Positions 17,545-27,741 of a stretch of 32,000 nucleotides of DNA are shown in pieces. The DNA comes from Marinicellulosiphila megalodicopiae. GTDB lineage: Bacteria; Pseudomonadota; Gammaproteobacteria; Pseudomonadales; Natronospirillaceae. The notes below the pieces were generated by a model that saw only the letters and a program-made list of their open reading frames with translations, was not told the origin of the DNA and made no database searches. The stretch covers positions 4,282,450 to 4,314,449 of the forward strand of contig NZ_AP023087.1 in NCBI RefSeq assembly GCF_045862395.1, read 5' to 3'. The first letter of the stretch is position 1; each line of letters begins with the position of its first letter. Made by a program: the position numbers and the translations under genes.

Positions 17545-19692
17545 TTATAATGTTTTCAAATATTCAATTAAATCCCAGCGCTCTTTTTCAGATAACGCAG
17601 GTAATACTTCACCATTGTTTTGAGCAGTTTTTCCAGCACCGTATTCGTGCCCTGTGTTCATGTCACCAACACGAGTGGTAATAAATGCACTGCCATCATA
17701 ATCTTTTGATTTAAATCCAACTCGATTAGCGTCAAACTCACGACTGCCAACTACAAATTCATCTGGTCGATATTCACCCTCAGCAGGATCAGTGTCTAGT
17801 TTTTTAGGTAATAATAAATCGTATAAAGTTGGAACCGAACCATTATGTAGATAAGGAGCAGTAGCCCAAATTCCATTTAAGGCACGACCTTTATAAGCCA
17901 ATAATGAACTGTATGGGTTAGAAGTTGTATCAGCAACATAATTACCTTTTTTAACGGTTTCTGGCATTTTATTTTCAAAAAATGAAGACCCCAAAACATA
18001 CAAACGATCTAACCAACGACGTATAAAGAACTTATCAGGGTCGGGTGTTGCAATCACTCCTTTTGTTGCAGAAGTTAATATTTGCAATACAGGTGCGTCC
18101 TCACTAATAAATACATCACCAACTCCTGTTATAGATTGAACAGTGTGCTGAAAATTACCAGATTTACCTGTTGCCATCACACCATTTATAGCAGCTGCTT
18201 TATCAGTACCGACTAAGTTTATATCCATCATATTTGCGATGATGATTCTGTCCGCATTATTTCGATCGACCACTTCGTGACATGATTGACAGTATTGAGC
18301 ATAAACTAGCTGTCCACGTTCTGCTTTAACTTGATCGATTTCACCTAATATTTCTTGTGGCCAAACTGGTGACTGCAAGCGTTTAAGTTGAGCTTCTAAA
18401 CGGCGTAAATTTGTGACATCGATTGAAGATTTAAAATTAACTACTTCGTTTTTATTTTTTTGATCGGTTATTAAAGTAGATAATTCAAATCCATTAGGCT
18501 CATGTGATGTCCAATCTAAAATGCCAAACACACCAATCACTTCTCCGGTATTACGACCAAGCGGCCCAACACCTGCATTATTTGCTACACCATTCCACTG
18601 AGTATAATCTGCCTGTCCTATATCCCATAAAAATGGATAGCTCACTGGAGCATTTGGTTCATTAAAAATACTATTACGTACTCGTAATAAATCACGTTGA
18701 TTTAAACCTGGGTATCCTGGTTCTGTAGATGCTAATCGATCAAGTACCAATCCAAACTGTTTATCCACAATAATATTTTCATTTACGCCTTCAAGTACTA
18801 AATCGATTTGATCACGAGTTAAAACTCTACGACGTTCGCCGTTAGTTCCTGGTGCCGTGACCATTTCCATGGTATTGGCCAACTGCTGTTTGTTAATCAT
18901 ATGCTGTAATACACGGTTATAAATTCGTCCAAATGCATCTAGGCGACCATAACCATAATCGATATGACTGTGGTTTACTGTATTGTATAAACTGATTGTT
19001 TTTAGCCATTGCTCAGTTGACTCAATAACTTTAGCTTCTTTTTTAAAGTCATTATTACGTGCTAAAACAGTTTCAACATAACGTGTTTTTTTAGCTTCAT
19101 CTGCTAACGTGGCACGCATTGATTTTTCAATTGCAGTTAAAAAGCCAACCATATCGGCCATTGCTGGACCGCCATCAATACGAATTGCCGATGTGATACC
19201 ATCTTTTGTGAAATTAACTTGGTTAGTATGACAAGCAGCACAGGTGTAACCGATGTAGTCATTTCCCTGATATGTATCTTTAACTAAACCTACTGGTAAA
19301 CCATCTGGGTTTAAGAATGTTTCTTTTTGCGGTAAATACCGATACTTATCAATATTGTGGTTGTCACGTAACAATTTATTTGAATTTTCTTGCTCTAATG
19401 ACATAAATAAATCATATGGCATTAATGCTGAACCTTGAGTGGTATTATAAAACCAAAGGCTTTCTGCTTCTGTCCAACCTTGATCTAAATATACAGGGGT
19501 TGTAAAACTTTCCCCAAATTCACCATTTTCAAGTGCAATTGCACCTCGGTCGGGATCATCATCCCAGTTTTGGTAGGTTTTACCTGCAATTAATGCGATC
19601 ACCATTAATAAAATAATGACACCAACAATGCGCCCTGAGTATTTCAATAGGTAAAAAATTGCTGCGAAAATGGATTGGAAAAATGTAGCCAT
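17545..19692 (-). CDS. Diheme c-type cytochrome (715 aa), RoxA (rubber oxygenase)-like
   Basis: YTCAACHTNQVNF, QYCQSCHEVVDR, ESLWFYNTTQGSALMPYDLFMSLEQ, GIWATAPYLHNGSVPTLYDLLLP, LIEYLKTL; N-terminal transmembrane segment. Confidence 0.8.
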   Translation of the reverse strand: MATFFQSIFAAIFYLLKYSGRIVGVIILLMVIALIAGKTYQNWDDDPDRGAIALENGEFGESFTTPVYLDQGWTEAESLWFYNTTQGSALMPYDLFMSLEQENSNKLLRDNHNIDKYRYLPQKETFLNPDGLPVGLVKDTYQGNDYIGYTCAACHTNQVNFTKDGITSAIRIDGGPAMADMVGFLTAIEKSMRATLADEAKKTRYVETVLARNNDFKKEAKVIESTEQWLKTISLYNTVNHSHIDYGYGRLDAFGRIYNRVLQHMINKQQLANTMEMVTAPGTNGERRRVLTRDQIDLVLEGVNENIIVDKQFGLVLDRLASTEPGYPGLNQRDLLRVRNSIFNEPNAPVSYPFLWDIGQADYTQWNGVANNAGVGPLGRNTGEVIGVFGILDWTSHEPNGFELSTLITDQKNKNEVVNFKSSIDVTNLRRLEAQLKRLQSPVWPQEILGEIDQVKAERGQLVYAQYCQSCHEVVDRNNADRIIIANMMDINLVGTDKAAAINGVMATGKSGNFQHTVQSITGVGDVFISEDAPVLQILTSATKGVIATPDPDKFFIRRWLDRLYVLGSSFFENKMPETVKKGNYVADTTSNPYSSLLAYKGRALNGIWATAPYLHNGSVPTLYDLLLPKKLDTDPAEGEYRPDEFVVGSREFDANRVGFKSKDYDGSAFITTRVGDMNTGHEYGAGKTAQNNGEVLPALSEKERWDLIEYLKTL

Positions 19693-20394
19693 ATCAATAT
19701 CCCTGTCATGCTTACCTGCACGAATTTATTGTTATTGTTTTAAGAAAGTCACTAGGTCTCGGACTTTGTTTGCGGTTCTACTGGCACCAGCGCTTTACTT
19801 TTACCAAGCAGATTAATAAATATACAAGCCGTATAATTATTTAGCTAAAATAACCGATTAGGCTTCTGAAATCTAGCACTTTTTGAATGGCGTTAAATAG
19901 AAAGGGGGATACTTAAAATCATTAATAAACTCAATCTATTCAGCTCAAATGTTGATCAAATATAAAGCATATAACAATTTAGTTACTTCATAGTTTTAAG
20001 ATCATATAATTTATCAACCACTGTAATCACCCGCATTAAATCATCCGTTTTAAACTCTATATATAGATAAGTATCCACATATCGTAATGTTTTGAAATTA
20101 ATTCCATTACTCACTCTACTTTGATAGTAATCAAATAACAGGATAACAGGCCTTTATTTTTAAATTTCATTCATGTGTAAACTTCAATTATTTCTAAATT
20201 TTCATTACCTATCCAAAAAAATATATGCAATTAATACATTCTCCTAATATCTTAAAATGCTTGATTGAGCTAAAAGATACAAAACTTTATTAGAATAAAG
20301 TGCATTAAATGATTGTTTCATATTAGAACCACAACTAACTAAATTCAAAAAAGCTCAATTGTGGATATCTGTTTTTACAAACATACAAATAAAA

Positions 20395-20606
20395 GTGACC
20401 AACAAAATATTCAACATCGGACGCGACGGATTTGATGCAGGTCAAGATGCGTTTTCTTTTGGTATTAGTGCAAAACAATATGTGTCGATGGCACTTGTTT
20501 AAAAGCAACAACTACTCGTGATTTGACGGACATAGTTGGATTAGGTTGTTTGATTAAACTGGAAGGTGGCGGACGCAATGTTCGGTATCAGTTAAGTTTG
20601 GATTAG
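20395..20606 (+). pseudogene. Remnant of the C-terminal region of a Fic-family protein, frameshifted
   Basis: Manual translation: NIGRDGFDAGQDAFSFGISAKQYVSMALV* then, in another frame, KATTTRDLTDIVGLGCLIKLEGGGRNVRYQLSLD*, resembling the winged-helix tail of DUF4172/Fic proteins. Confidence 0.6.
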
Positions 20607-21034
20607 GTTTGATTTGGTTTAGTGGATTTGATTTAGTAAATAAAGTTTTATTAGAAAAGTATTGTGAAGCAAGCGATTTGACCTAGAATCGAATCTCTTT
20701 TTTGTAGGTCGTATGCTTTCACACAGGGATGTGTGCAAGGGGCGTGAGCATGCTTAAAGGGATTTAAGTAGTAGAGCAATGTCTGGAACTAATTGCCGAG
20801 AACGCGGTAGCTTTGCTGCGAAAAACTAATCAGGGTTTTTGAGTGTCCATACCACACTAGTGACCCAAGCCCGAGCAGGTTTGTTTTGCGGATTTTAGAT
20901 GACAGATGGGCGCGCGACCCTTTGGCTCTTAATTATATAATGTATAATGGCGTTTATGAAAACAGCTAACTTATATTTTTATGTAATATGTTTTAAATGC
21001 ATATTGCATTACCACACCAAAATAAGAATTAATA

Positions 21035-21711
21035 ATGAGTAAGAAAAAAGATAAAAACGCCCGAAAAAAATAGTTCAAAAAAAAGCACTAAAACAAAAAA
21101 ATAAATCCATTTCGTTTCAAGCAAGTCAGGCTGTAAAAGAGAAAACAGCCGTTGAAAAATTAAATTACCGCATCACCGAGGATCCATTTTCAGTATCAAC
21201 GAAACAAACACTACCCGAAGAAATAGAAAAAAGGAAACAATATCTTTTTGATAACTTAGAAGAGCGCCCAGAAGATTTAATAGAAGAGCTCGAACTTTTA
21301 GTGACTCAATATCCTCAAAATAATATCCTCTCGAACTTTCTTTCTAATGCCTATCTATTAACTAAACAAATGGAAAAACATGAAGCATTATCAGAAAAGA
21401 CTTTTTCAGAGTGTCCAGAATACCTATATGGACGTGTTCATTGGGCAAAAATATTAATGGATCGCAACGATTACAAACAAGCCAATGAAGTATTTAACAA
21501 TACATGGGATTTAAAGAAACTGTACCCACAACGTAAAGTATTTCACATAACAGAGGTACTAGCATTTTATAGTACAGCTATTACCTACCATGAAAATATG
21601 CAAGAAGAGAGTGAATTTTTATTTGCCTTTGATGTATTAAGAGAGCTTGATGTTGAAGAAGATATATTATTACAATATTCCCCATCAGTTATGAAATGGC
21701 GTTTTCTTTGA
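21035..21711 (+). CDS. TPR-like protein (~225 aa) interrupted near its start by an A7-run frameshift; the ORF track shows only 21301..21711
   Basis: ATG at 21035 reads MSKKKDKNARKK* ; the -1 frame after CGAAAAAAATAG continues IVQKKALKQKNKSISFQASQAVKEK...LEERPEDLIEELELLVTQYPQNN... without a stop into the 136-aa ORF. Confidence 0.6.
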
Positions 21712-21948
21712 TGTGTGTTTAGTCGATAAATAGAAGGCTTTTATCTTTAAAGGGTCGGTTGTTTCGTAATACTTTTTGAGTGTCTATGTCAAAATAAAGG
21801 CCTGACCCCAAGGACTCCAGCACAGTCAGCTATTATATTTAACTTAAAACCAAGAAAAATTAGTTTCAAACATTGCCTGCAAGTATGGCTGTCATATACA
21901 CAATCAAATCGGCAGCCTGATGATCATATATTTAAATTAATATCAAAA

Positions 21949-22089
21949 CGGCAAGTAGGTAATCGACCCGGAAGAATAGAGCCAAGAGCGATTAAACGAA
22001 GGCCAAAACCTTATAAATTATTGACCGTTACACGCGAAGTTGCAAGAGAGGATATTAGAAGAAATGGCCACCCAAAGAAACAGAAATAG
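21949..22089 (+). pseudogene. C-terminal remnant of an IS4-family-like transposase
   Basis: Manual translation RQVGNRPGRIEPRAIKRRPKPYKLLTVTREVAREDIRRNGHPKKQK*. Confidence 0.75.
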
Positions 22090-22188
22090 TACTTTATTAA
22101 AAGACTTTATCTCTTAACTTAGTGCCATTCAACTCTGACCCTCTTGATTTTTTTACTCATTCATAGCGAAATATCAGAATTCAATAGT

Positions 22189-23907
22189 TTATCCAAACGC
22201 TTCACCAAATAACCAATTAATAGGGTCTTTATCATACAACTCTAATATTACATTATTTTGAATGTATTGTTTTTCTTCTTTATTTAAAATATTTAATTTA
22301 TTGTCTTTGTCAAGAATCTCATCCAATGTGGATTGCCCCAAATTCACAAAATATTGTAATTCACTGCTTTTTATAATTTCAATAATAACTTTAAATATCA
22401 TTGATTTTTGTCTAGGGTCCATCTCGGAAAAAATACAACCATCATGTGCAATAAAACTTAGTAAGCTGGGATTTAATTGATAAAGAAGTAGATCGTAGCA
22501 GAAAATTTTAACCTCATTAATCCCTTGTGATCCATCTCGTGGAATTTGAGCATCAATATTAAACAAATATTTTGCGTCGTTGGTTTCACTTATCTCTAAT
22601 GAACCTCCGTGGTTTAAATAAAACTTCTTAACCAGTGCCCTGAACATATTCTCAATTGTCTCAAGAAAAATTTTAGAATCAACTAGATATTTTACAGCTT
22701 CAGCTTTTATATTTGCATTTTCCAAATCATATTGGCTTTTATCTTCTTTAAAACTTTGTAAAATCTGGCGATATTTATCCAACTCGCCAATTTCACTTTC
22801 AAAACTTCTTATTCTTTCGTTAATTGAGTTGTATTCTTCTAGCGCCCCTTTTGAATCTAGATCTTTTAAAATAGAATCTCTAATTCGCTCATTGTCTTTT
22901 AAATTAACATTCAAAGTATTCAATTGATCTTCTAATTCTAGTATTTCAGAATTAATTCTACTAGCTCTATTTTTTAATAAATTTTTATGGAAATCTGTAG
23001 CCTGATCTAATCGAATAGAGATTTTATCCCCAAAGAAAAACGATGCTTCTTCATAAATCTTCTTCACTTTTACAAGATCTATTTCTTTTACCCCCGCTTC
23101 ATCAAGGCTTTGTTTTTTCCGCCCCATACTTTTAATTACTTCATATATTTCATTTCTAATTTTGTTTATAATTTCAGTTTTAGCGTCAGCTTCTCTTTTA
23201 TATTTATCATAATTTTCAGCTATCACAAAATCTTGTTTATTCTTAATTAAAGTCTTTAACTCATCCTTTAAGTCATTTATATTACTCTCCCCTAACAAGC
23301 TTTCATAATTTTCTATAACACTTTTAGCTTTTTTTAACTTATTTAATTTTTCTTTTACAATTGATTTCTTAGTTACTAGATTAGTATTAATGCCTAGTAA
23401 TGCTAAGTTGGTATACATTTGATGATAATCTTGCTCTGGTCTACCTTGCTGGGCAATTATACTAGAATAGTAAGTCCCGCCATATCGCCTAGCAAATACA
23501 TTTAATATCTGCTTAAAGCTAACACCATTATAAAGCTCATTTTTAATGAATATTTTTTTAAGTTCAGATGGGTAATTTGATTTAACTATTTTTTCACCGT
23601 TTAAAATATGGTGTGATTGGCCGAAGTCTTTTTCAACCTTATAAGGCTTACCTTCATGCTCAAATTCTAAATAAAAAACACCATAACCAGAAAGGAAATT
23701 TTGAATTTTTTTCTCTGTAGGTTTCGTTGGGTCAAGATACGAGCCAAGCATTAAATGAATTAAGTTAAGTGAAAAACTTTTCCCTACTCCATTATATGTT
23801 TTTTTATCGGCACTCGTAAGTTGCAATCCTGCCAATATATTAAGTCCGCTTTCAAATTTTAACGTCTTAAATTTAGAATTATTAGAACTTAATTTTAATA
23901 ATTTCAT
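22189..23907 (-). CDS. DUF2326 / RecN-SMC-like ABC ATPase, ABC-3C system component (572 aa)
   Basis: Walker A-like TYNGVGKSFSLNL, central coiled coil, Walker B/C-terminal region LLSFIAHDGCIFSEMDPRQK. Confidence 0.85.
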   Translation of the reverse strand: MKLLKLSSNNSKFKTLKFESGLNILAGLQLTSADKKTYNGVGKSFSLNLIHLMLGSYLDPTKPTEKKIQNFLSGYGVFYLEFEHEGKPYKVEKDFGQSHHILNGEKIVKSNYPSELKKIFIKNELYNGVSFKQILNVFARRYGGTYYSSIIAQQGRPEQDYHQMYTNLALLGINTNLVTKKSIVKEKLNKLKKAKSVIENYESLLGESNINDLKDELKTLIKNKQDFVIAENYDKYKREADAKTEIINKIRNEIYEVIKSMGRKKQSLDEAGVKEIDLVKVKKIYEEASFFFGDKISIRLDQATDFHKNLLKNRASRINSEILELEDQLNTLNVNLKDNERIRDSILKDLDSKGALEEYNSINERIRSFESEIGELDKYRQILQSFKEDKSQYDLENANIKAEAVKYLVDSKIFLETIENMFRALVKKFYLNHGGSLEISETNDAKYLFNIDAQIPRDGSQGINEVKIFCYDLLLYQLNPSLLSFIAHDGCIFSEMDPRQKSMIFKVIIEIIKSSELQYFVNLGQSTLDEILDKDNKLNILNKEEKQYIQNNVILELYDKDPINWLFGEAFG

Positions 23908-24115
23908 CTTGCACCTCCAATTTACCGATTATGTACAAATAATTTATACAATGTATTATTGTTTCAATGCTTATCTTTTTTGGGTAAGTTTTTAATAGCT
24001 CTGAATGAATACAATCAACAGTGAAATCTTTATGCTTTGCCAAATCTATAATGTATGAAGAAATACAAAATAAAGAATCTATTGGCTGTATGGATTTATT
24101 TGGAAGTATCATCAA
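23882..24115 (-). CDS. Small ABC-3C middle-component-like protein (77 aa; true start may be the second Met)
   Basis: MILPNKSIQPIDSLFCISSYIIDL...CINYLYIIGKLEV; overlaps both neighbours (26 bp and 20 bp), consistent with a middle component. Confidence 0.7.
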   Translation of the reverse strand: MMILPNKSIQPIDSLFCISSYIIDLAKHKDFTVDCIHSELLKTYPKKISIETIIHCINYLYIIGKLEVQDEIIKIKF

Positions 24116-25109
24116 TTTTCACTCCCACTTCGCATATTTCAAAAAAATATGATATTAATATCCAAGAGATAATCATGCTATTAAAGTCTTTTACGTCCAT
24201 TAGGCTTTCAAGAGCGTTATTAAGTCTAATTATTATTTTATTGAAGTCTAAATTATACTCAGAAGCTTTGACGTGTAATTGCGTTACGCTAATTCTATTT
24301 AAAATACTTTTAGCCTCTTTACTGCTGAGCATTTCCACTAATATATTTTTATATAAATCTCCAATTACAAATTCTTGTAAATCGCTAGCTAAGTTGCCGT
24401 CATCAATCCCTTTTATAATAGTGGTATAATCTAAGCTTTTTTTAATTTCAAACGAAATTCTCTCATTTAATTTGTTTAGCTTAATTTTAGGATCAACTTC
24501 TATTGAGTTAAAGTCTTCATCATATGATGGTTGCGGTAAGTTATTTTTTGCTTTTAAAAGCTTTTTATATGTTAGGTTTAACACTATATGGTCAGTGTAT
24601 TTATCAGATTTATTCCTGAAGTATAATTCGCATAAATTTACCAGTCTATTTGTTTCTAAATTTTCTATAGATTTTATTAAATCACTCGAGTCATTTAATA
24701 TACTAATTAAATCTAGTTTATAAACTTCAAGTATAGAGTCTATTGTCTCTTTTTTTGGTCTGGATTTTTCTAATAAATAGTATATTGAAATATTATAGTC
24801 TTTATATTTTTTATCAGATAATGCCTTAAGAGAGTGAAGTATTTTTTCTTTAGACCTAGTCGTTGTGACTTGAATAAGCTCTTTTTTGGTAGTATCTATT
24901 AAGTCAATATATGGGGCATTATTGCACCCAAAATTTGCATTTTCGAACTTCCTGTCAAAAACCAAATTAAAAACATCTCTAAAATAATTTTCACCATGAA
25001 TATTTAAGCACTGATCATTTACAAATTGATGATGCTCAATATCTAGCCTAGTAATAGCCAGAATCCTGCTGATTGTATTAAAGGCCTCAATTCTATCCTG
25101 CACCATCAT
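24096..25109 (-). CDS. SMEK-domain-like effector of an ABC-3C system (337 aa)
   Basis: YFRDVFNLVFDRKFENANFGCNNAPYIDLIDTTKKELIQVTTTRSKEKILHSLKAL resembles the SMEK REase-like signature (IDLID...QVTxTxSxxKI). Confidence 0.75.
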   Translation of the reverse strand: MMVQDRIEAFNTISRILAITRLDIEHHQFVNDQCLNIHGENYFRDVFNLVFDRKFENANFGCNNAPYIDLIDTTKKELIQVTTTRSKEKILHSLKALSDKKYKDYNISIYYLLEKSRPKKETIDSILEVYKLDLISILNDSSDLIKSIENLETNRLVNLCELYFRNKSDKYTDHIVLNLTYKKLLKAKNNLPQPSYDEDFNSIEVDPKIKLNKLNERISFEIKKSLDYTTIIKGIDDGNLASDLQEFVIGDLYKNILVEMLSSKEAKSILNRISVTQLHVKASEYNLDFNKIIIRLNNALESLMDVKDFNSMIISWILISYFFEICEVGVKIDDTSK

Positions 25110-25184
25110 TTAATCACTCTTTCATTTTTATGGTTTCTAAATTAAAGCCATTTTAAAAACAGCTTTAATTTAACTGTAAAGCTA

Positions 25185-27029
25185 TCAGTCCAGCAAATCC
25201 AAGTTACGAACCGCCCCCTTATCAGCAGAAGTCGCCAACAAAGCATAAGCCTTCAAAGCGCCCGTTACTTTACGAGCTCTTACTTCCGTCGGTTTCCAAG
25301 CGTCTTTGCCTTTTGCTTCCATCGCATCACGACGAGTTTGTAATTCTGCATCGGTTAAGTCGACGTTGATTGAACGCGCTGGTATGTTGATTAAAATCGT
25401 ATCGCCTTCTTCTAGCAATGCAATTGCACCGCCTTGCGCGCCTTCTGGTGAAGCGTGTCCGATGCTTAGTCCAGATGTGCCGCCTGAGAAACGTCCGTCT
25501 GTTAATAATGCACAGTCTTTACCTAACCCTTTTGATTTAAGATAGGTGGTTGGGTATAACATTTCTTGCATGCCTGGTCCGCCTTTAGGACCTTCGTAAC
25601 GGATGATGACGACATCACCTTTTACAATTTTGTCGGCTAAGATGGCTTTTACTGCGCTGTCTTGAGATTCAAAAATACGTGCACGACCTGTAAATACGTG
25701 AATACTTTCGTCTACACCTGCTGTTTTAACCACACAACCATCAAGGGCGATGTTGCCTTTTAATACAGCCAAACCACCTTCTAATGAATACGCATGTTCT
25801 AAAGAACGGATACAACCATTTGCACGATCTCCGTCTAACGTCGGGAAACGTGTTGACTGGCTAAATGCAGTTTGAGTTGGAATACCTGCTGGGCCTGCAC
25901 GATAAAACTCTTTCACTTTAGGGTCAGTAGTTTGCATGATGTCGTATTTAGCTAACGCGTCTTTCATGGTTTTGCTGTGCACAGTAGATACGTCGGTGTG
26001 TAAAAATCCACCACGATCTAGCTCGCCCAATATCGCCATGATGCCGCCGGCGCGATGCACGTCTTCCATGTGATAAAGTGGAGAGTTTGGTGCAACTTTA
26101 CATAACTGTGGCACTTTACGTGACAACTCGTCCATGTGAGACAAGTCAAAATCGATGCCGCCTTCTTGTGCGATGGCTAATAAATGCAAGATGGTGTTGG
26201 TTGATCCGCCCATTGCAATGTCTAGTGTCATTGCGTTTTCAAATGCTTTGCGGTTTGCGATGTTACGCGGTAAAACTGACTCGTCATCTTGCTCGTAATA
26301 TTTACGAGTGATATCCACAATCGTACGACCAGCCTCTAAAAATAACTGTTCACGATCTGAGTGAGTGGCTAATGCTGATCCGTTACCAGGCAGCGCAAGG
26401 CCTATCGCCTCTGCTAAACAGTTCATTGAGTTAGCAGTGAACATTCCCGAACATGAACCACATGTTGGACAGGCTGAGCGCTCGTATTCGGCTACTTTTT
26501 CATCACTTGCTGAATCATCAGCAGCAATGACCATTGCGTCTACTAAGTCTAATTTGTTTTCTGAAAGCTTAGTTTTACCGGCTTCCATTGGACCGCCTGA
26601 CACAAAAATAACAGGGATATTTAAGCGCATTCCCGCCATCAACATGCCCGGTGTGATTTTGTCACAGTTTGAAATACATACAATCGCATCGGCACAATGT
26701 GCGTTAACCATGTATTCAACAGAGTCAGCGATGATTTCACGCGATGGCAAAGAGTACAACATACCGTCGTGACCCATTGCGATGCCGTCATCTACTGCGA
26801 TGGTGTTAAATTCTTTTGCTACGCCGCCTGCTTTTTCAACTTCGCGGGCTACTAGTTGCCCCATATCTTTTAAATGAACGTGCCCTGGTACAAATTGAGT
26901 GAACGAGTTTGCAATGGCAATAATTGGCTTTTGAAAATCGTCATCTTTCATGCCAGTGGCGCGCCACAATGCACGAGCACCCGCCATATTACGGCCTTCG
27001 GTTGAGGTTTTAGAACGATACTTTGGCAT
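25185..27029 (-). CDS. ilvD: Dihydroxy-acid dehydratase (614 aa)
   Basis: [81 protein letters not shown]. Confidence 0.98.
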   Translation of the reverse strand: MPKYRSKTSTEGRNMAGARALWRATGMKDDDFQKPIIAIANSFTQFVPGHVHLKDMGQLVAREVEKAGGVAKEFNTIAVDDGIAMGHDGMLYSLPSREIIADSVEYMVNAHCADAIVCISNCDKITPGMLMAGMRLNIPVIFVSGGPMEAGKTKLSENKLDLVDAMVIAADDSASDEKVAEYERSACPTCGSCSGMFTANSMNCLAEAIGLALPGNGSALATHSDREQLFLEAGRTIVDITRKYYEQDDESVLPRNIANRKAFENAMTLDIAMGGSTNTILHLLAIAQEGGIDFDLSHMDELSRKVPQLCKVAPNSPLYHMEDVHRAGGIMAILGELDRGGFLHTDVSTVHSKTMKDALAKYDIMQTTDPKVKEFYRAGPAGIPTQTAFSQSTRFPTLDGDRANGCIRSLEHAYSLEGGLAVLKGNIALDGCVVKTAGVDESIHVFTGRARIFESQDSAVKAILADKIVKGDVVIIRYEGPKGGPGMQEMLYPTTYLKSKGLGKDCALLTDGRFSGGTSGLSIGHASPEGAQGGAIALLEEGDTILINIPARSINVDLTDAELQTRRDAMEAKGKDAWKPTEVRARKVTGALKAYALLATSADKGAVRNLDLLD

Positions 27030-27273
27030 AACTTTGCACCTTTATATGTAATTAAATAATAAGCCGGGGGTCGGATCCATTTCTTGATGGATCACCTTAA
27101 ATTGTGCCTCTAGTTTTTTGGATCTGACCCCAACCTTGTTGCATTGATAATAAAAAACGAGCAAAAAATTGGATCCGACCCTAAGCTAAACGCATTGATT
27201 AAAACAACGGCTTGTAATGAGTTGAATTTGGTGGGTATTTAACACTATTTTGCGAATTTTTTATACCGCATTT

Positions 27274-27741
27274 TTAATGAGATAAGTCTTTTTCATTTGT
27301 TTGAAAAGTTAACGCTGAAAGTATCCAAGGCAAAATAACTAAGCTAAAGATCGCTAGACTTAAATATAAGTATTCTGCAAATATTAAAATATTCAAACAA
27401 GACAGGATGCTAAACCCTAATAATCCAGCGAGCTTTCTTTTTAGAACAAGAAAACCTAAGTAAACCAAAAGTATATTAAGTGCCATATAAACAATGGAAA
27501 GCATCAAAAAGAACACAACGACCGATGCCAATTCTTTTAACCAATGCAACTCTAATGAAGCAAAAAAATCAGCAAACAGAAAACTGACTCCAAAAATATT
27601 TAAAATTAGGAGCATCACCCCCACCACTATCAATGTATTTAAGGCCATCGAAATTCGTACGATCATGTCTGAAATTAAAAATAATACTTTAATTGTTCTG
27701 TCCATAATAAACTCTTCGACGATTAGAATATTTCTTGGCAA
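27274..27741 (-). CDS. Small multi-spanning membrane protein of unknown function (start possibly 27705)
   Basis: ORF track; several hydrophobic helices; internal Met at MDRTIKVLFLI. Confidence 0.55.
   Translation of the reverse strand: MPRNILIVEEFIMDRTIKVLFLISDMIVRISMALNTLIVVGVMLLILNIFGVSFLFADFFASLELHWLKELASVVVFFLMLSIVYMALNILLVYLGFLVLKRKLAGLLGFSILSCLNILIFAEYLYLSLAIFSLVILPWILSALTFQTNEKDLSH

Noticed and set aside
20720-20830. A tRNA or small structured RNA gene
   Set aside because: Contains short hairpins (CACACA-GGGA-TGTGTG) but no cloverleaf or recognisable ncRNA family; insufficient for a call.
24055-24723. ORFs 24055..24429 + and 24472..24723 +
   Set aside because: Antisense to the ABC-3C genes; Leu/Ile/Ser-rich translations typical of AT-rich shadow frames.
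25306-26772. ORFs 25306..25545 +, 26078..26311 + and 26365..26772 +
   Set aside because: Antisense to ilvD, whose protein is unambiguous; the long shadow ORF reflects codon bias.
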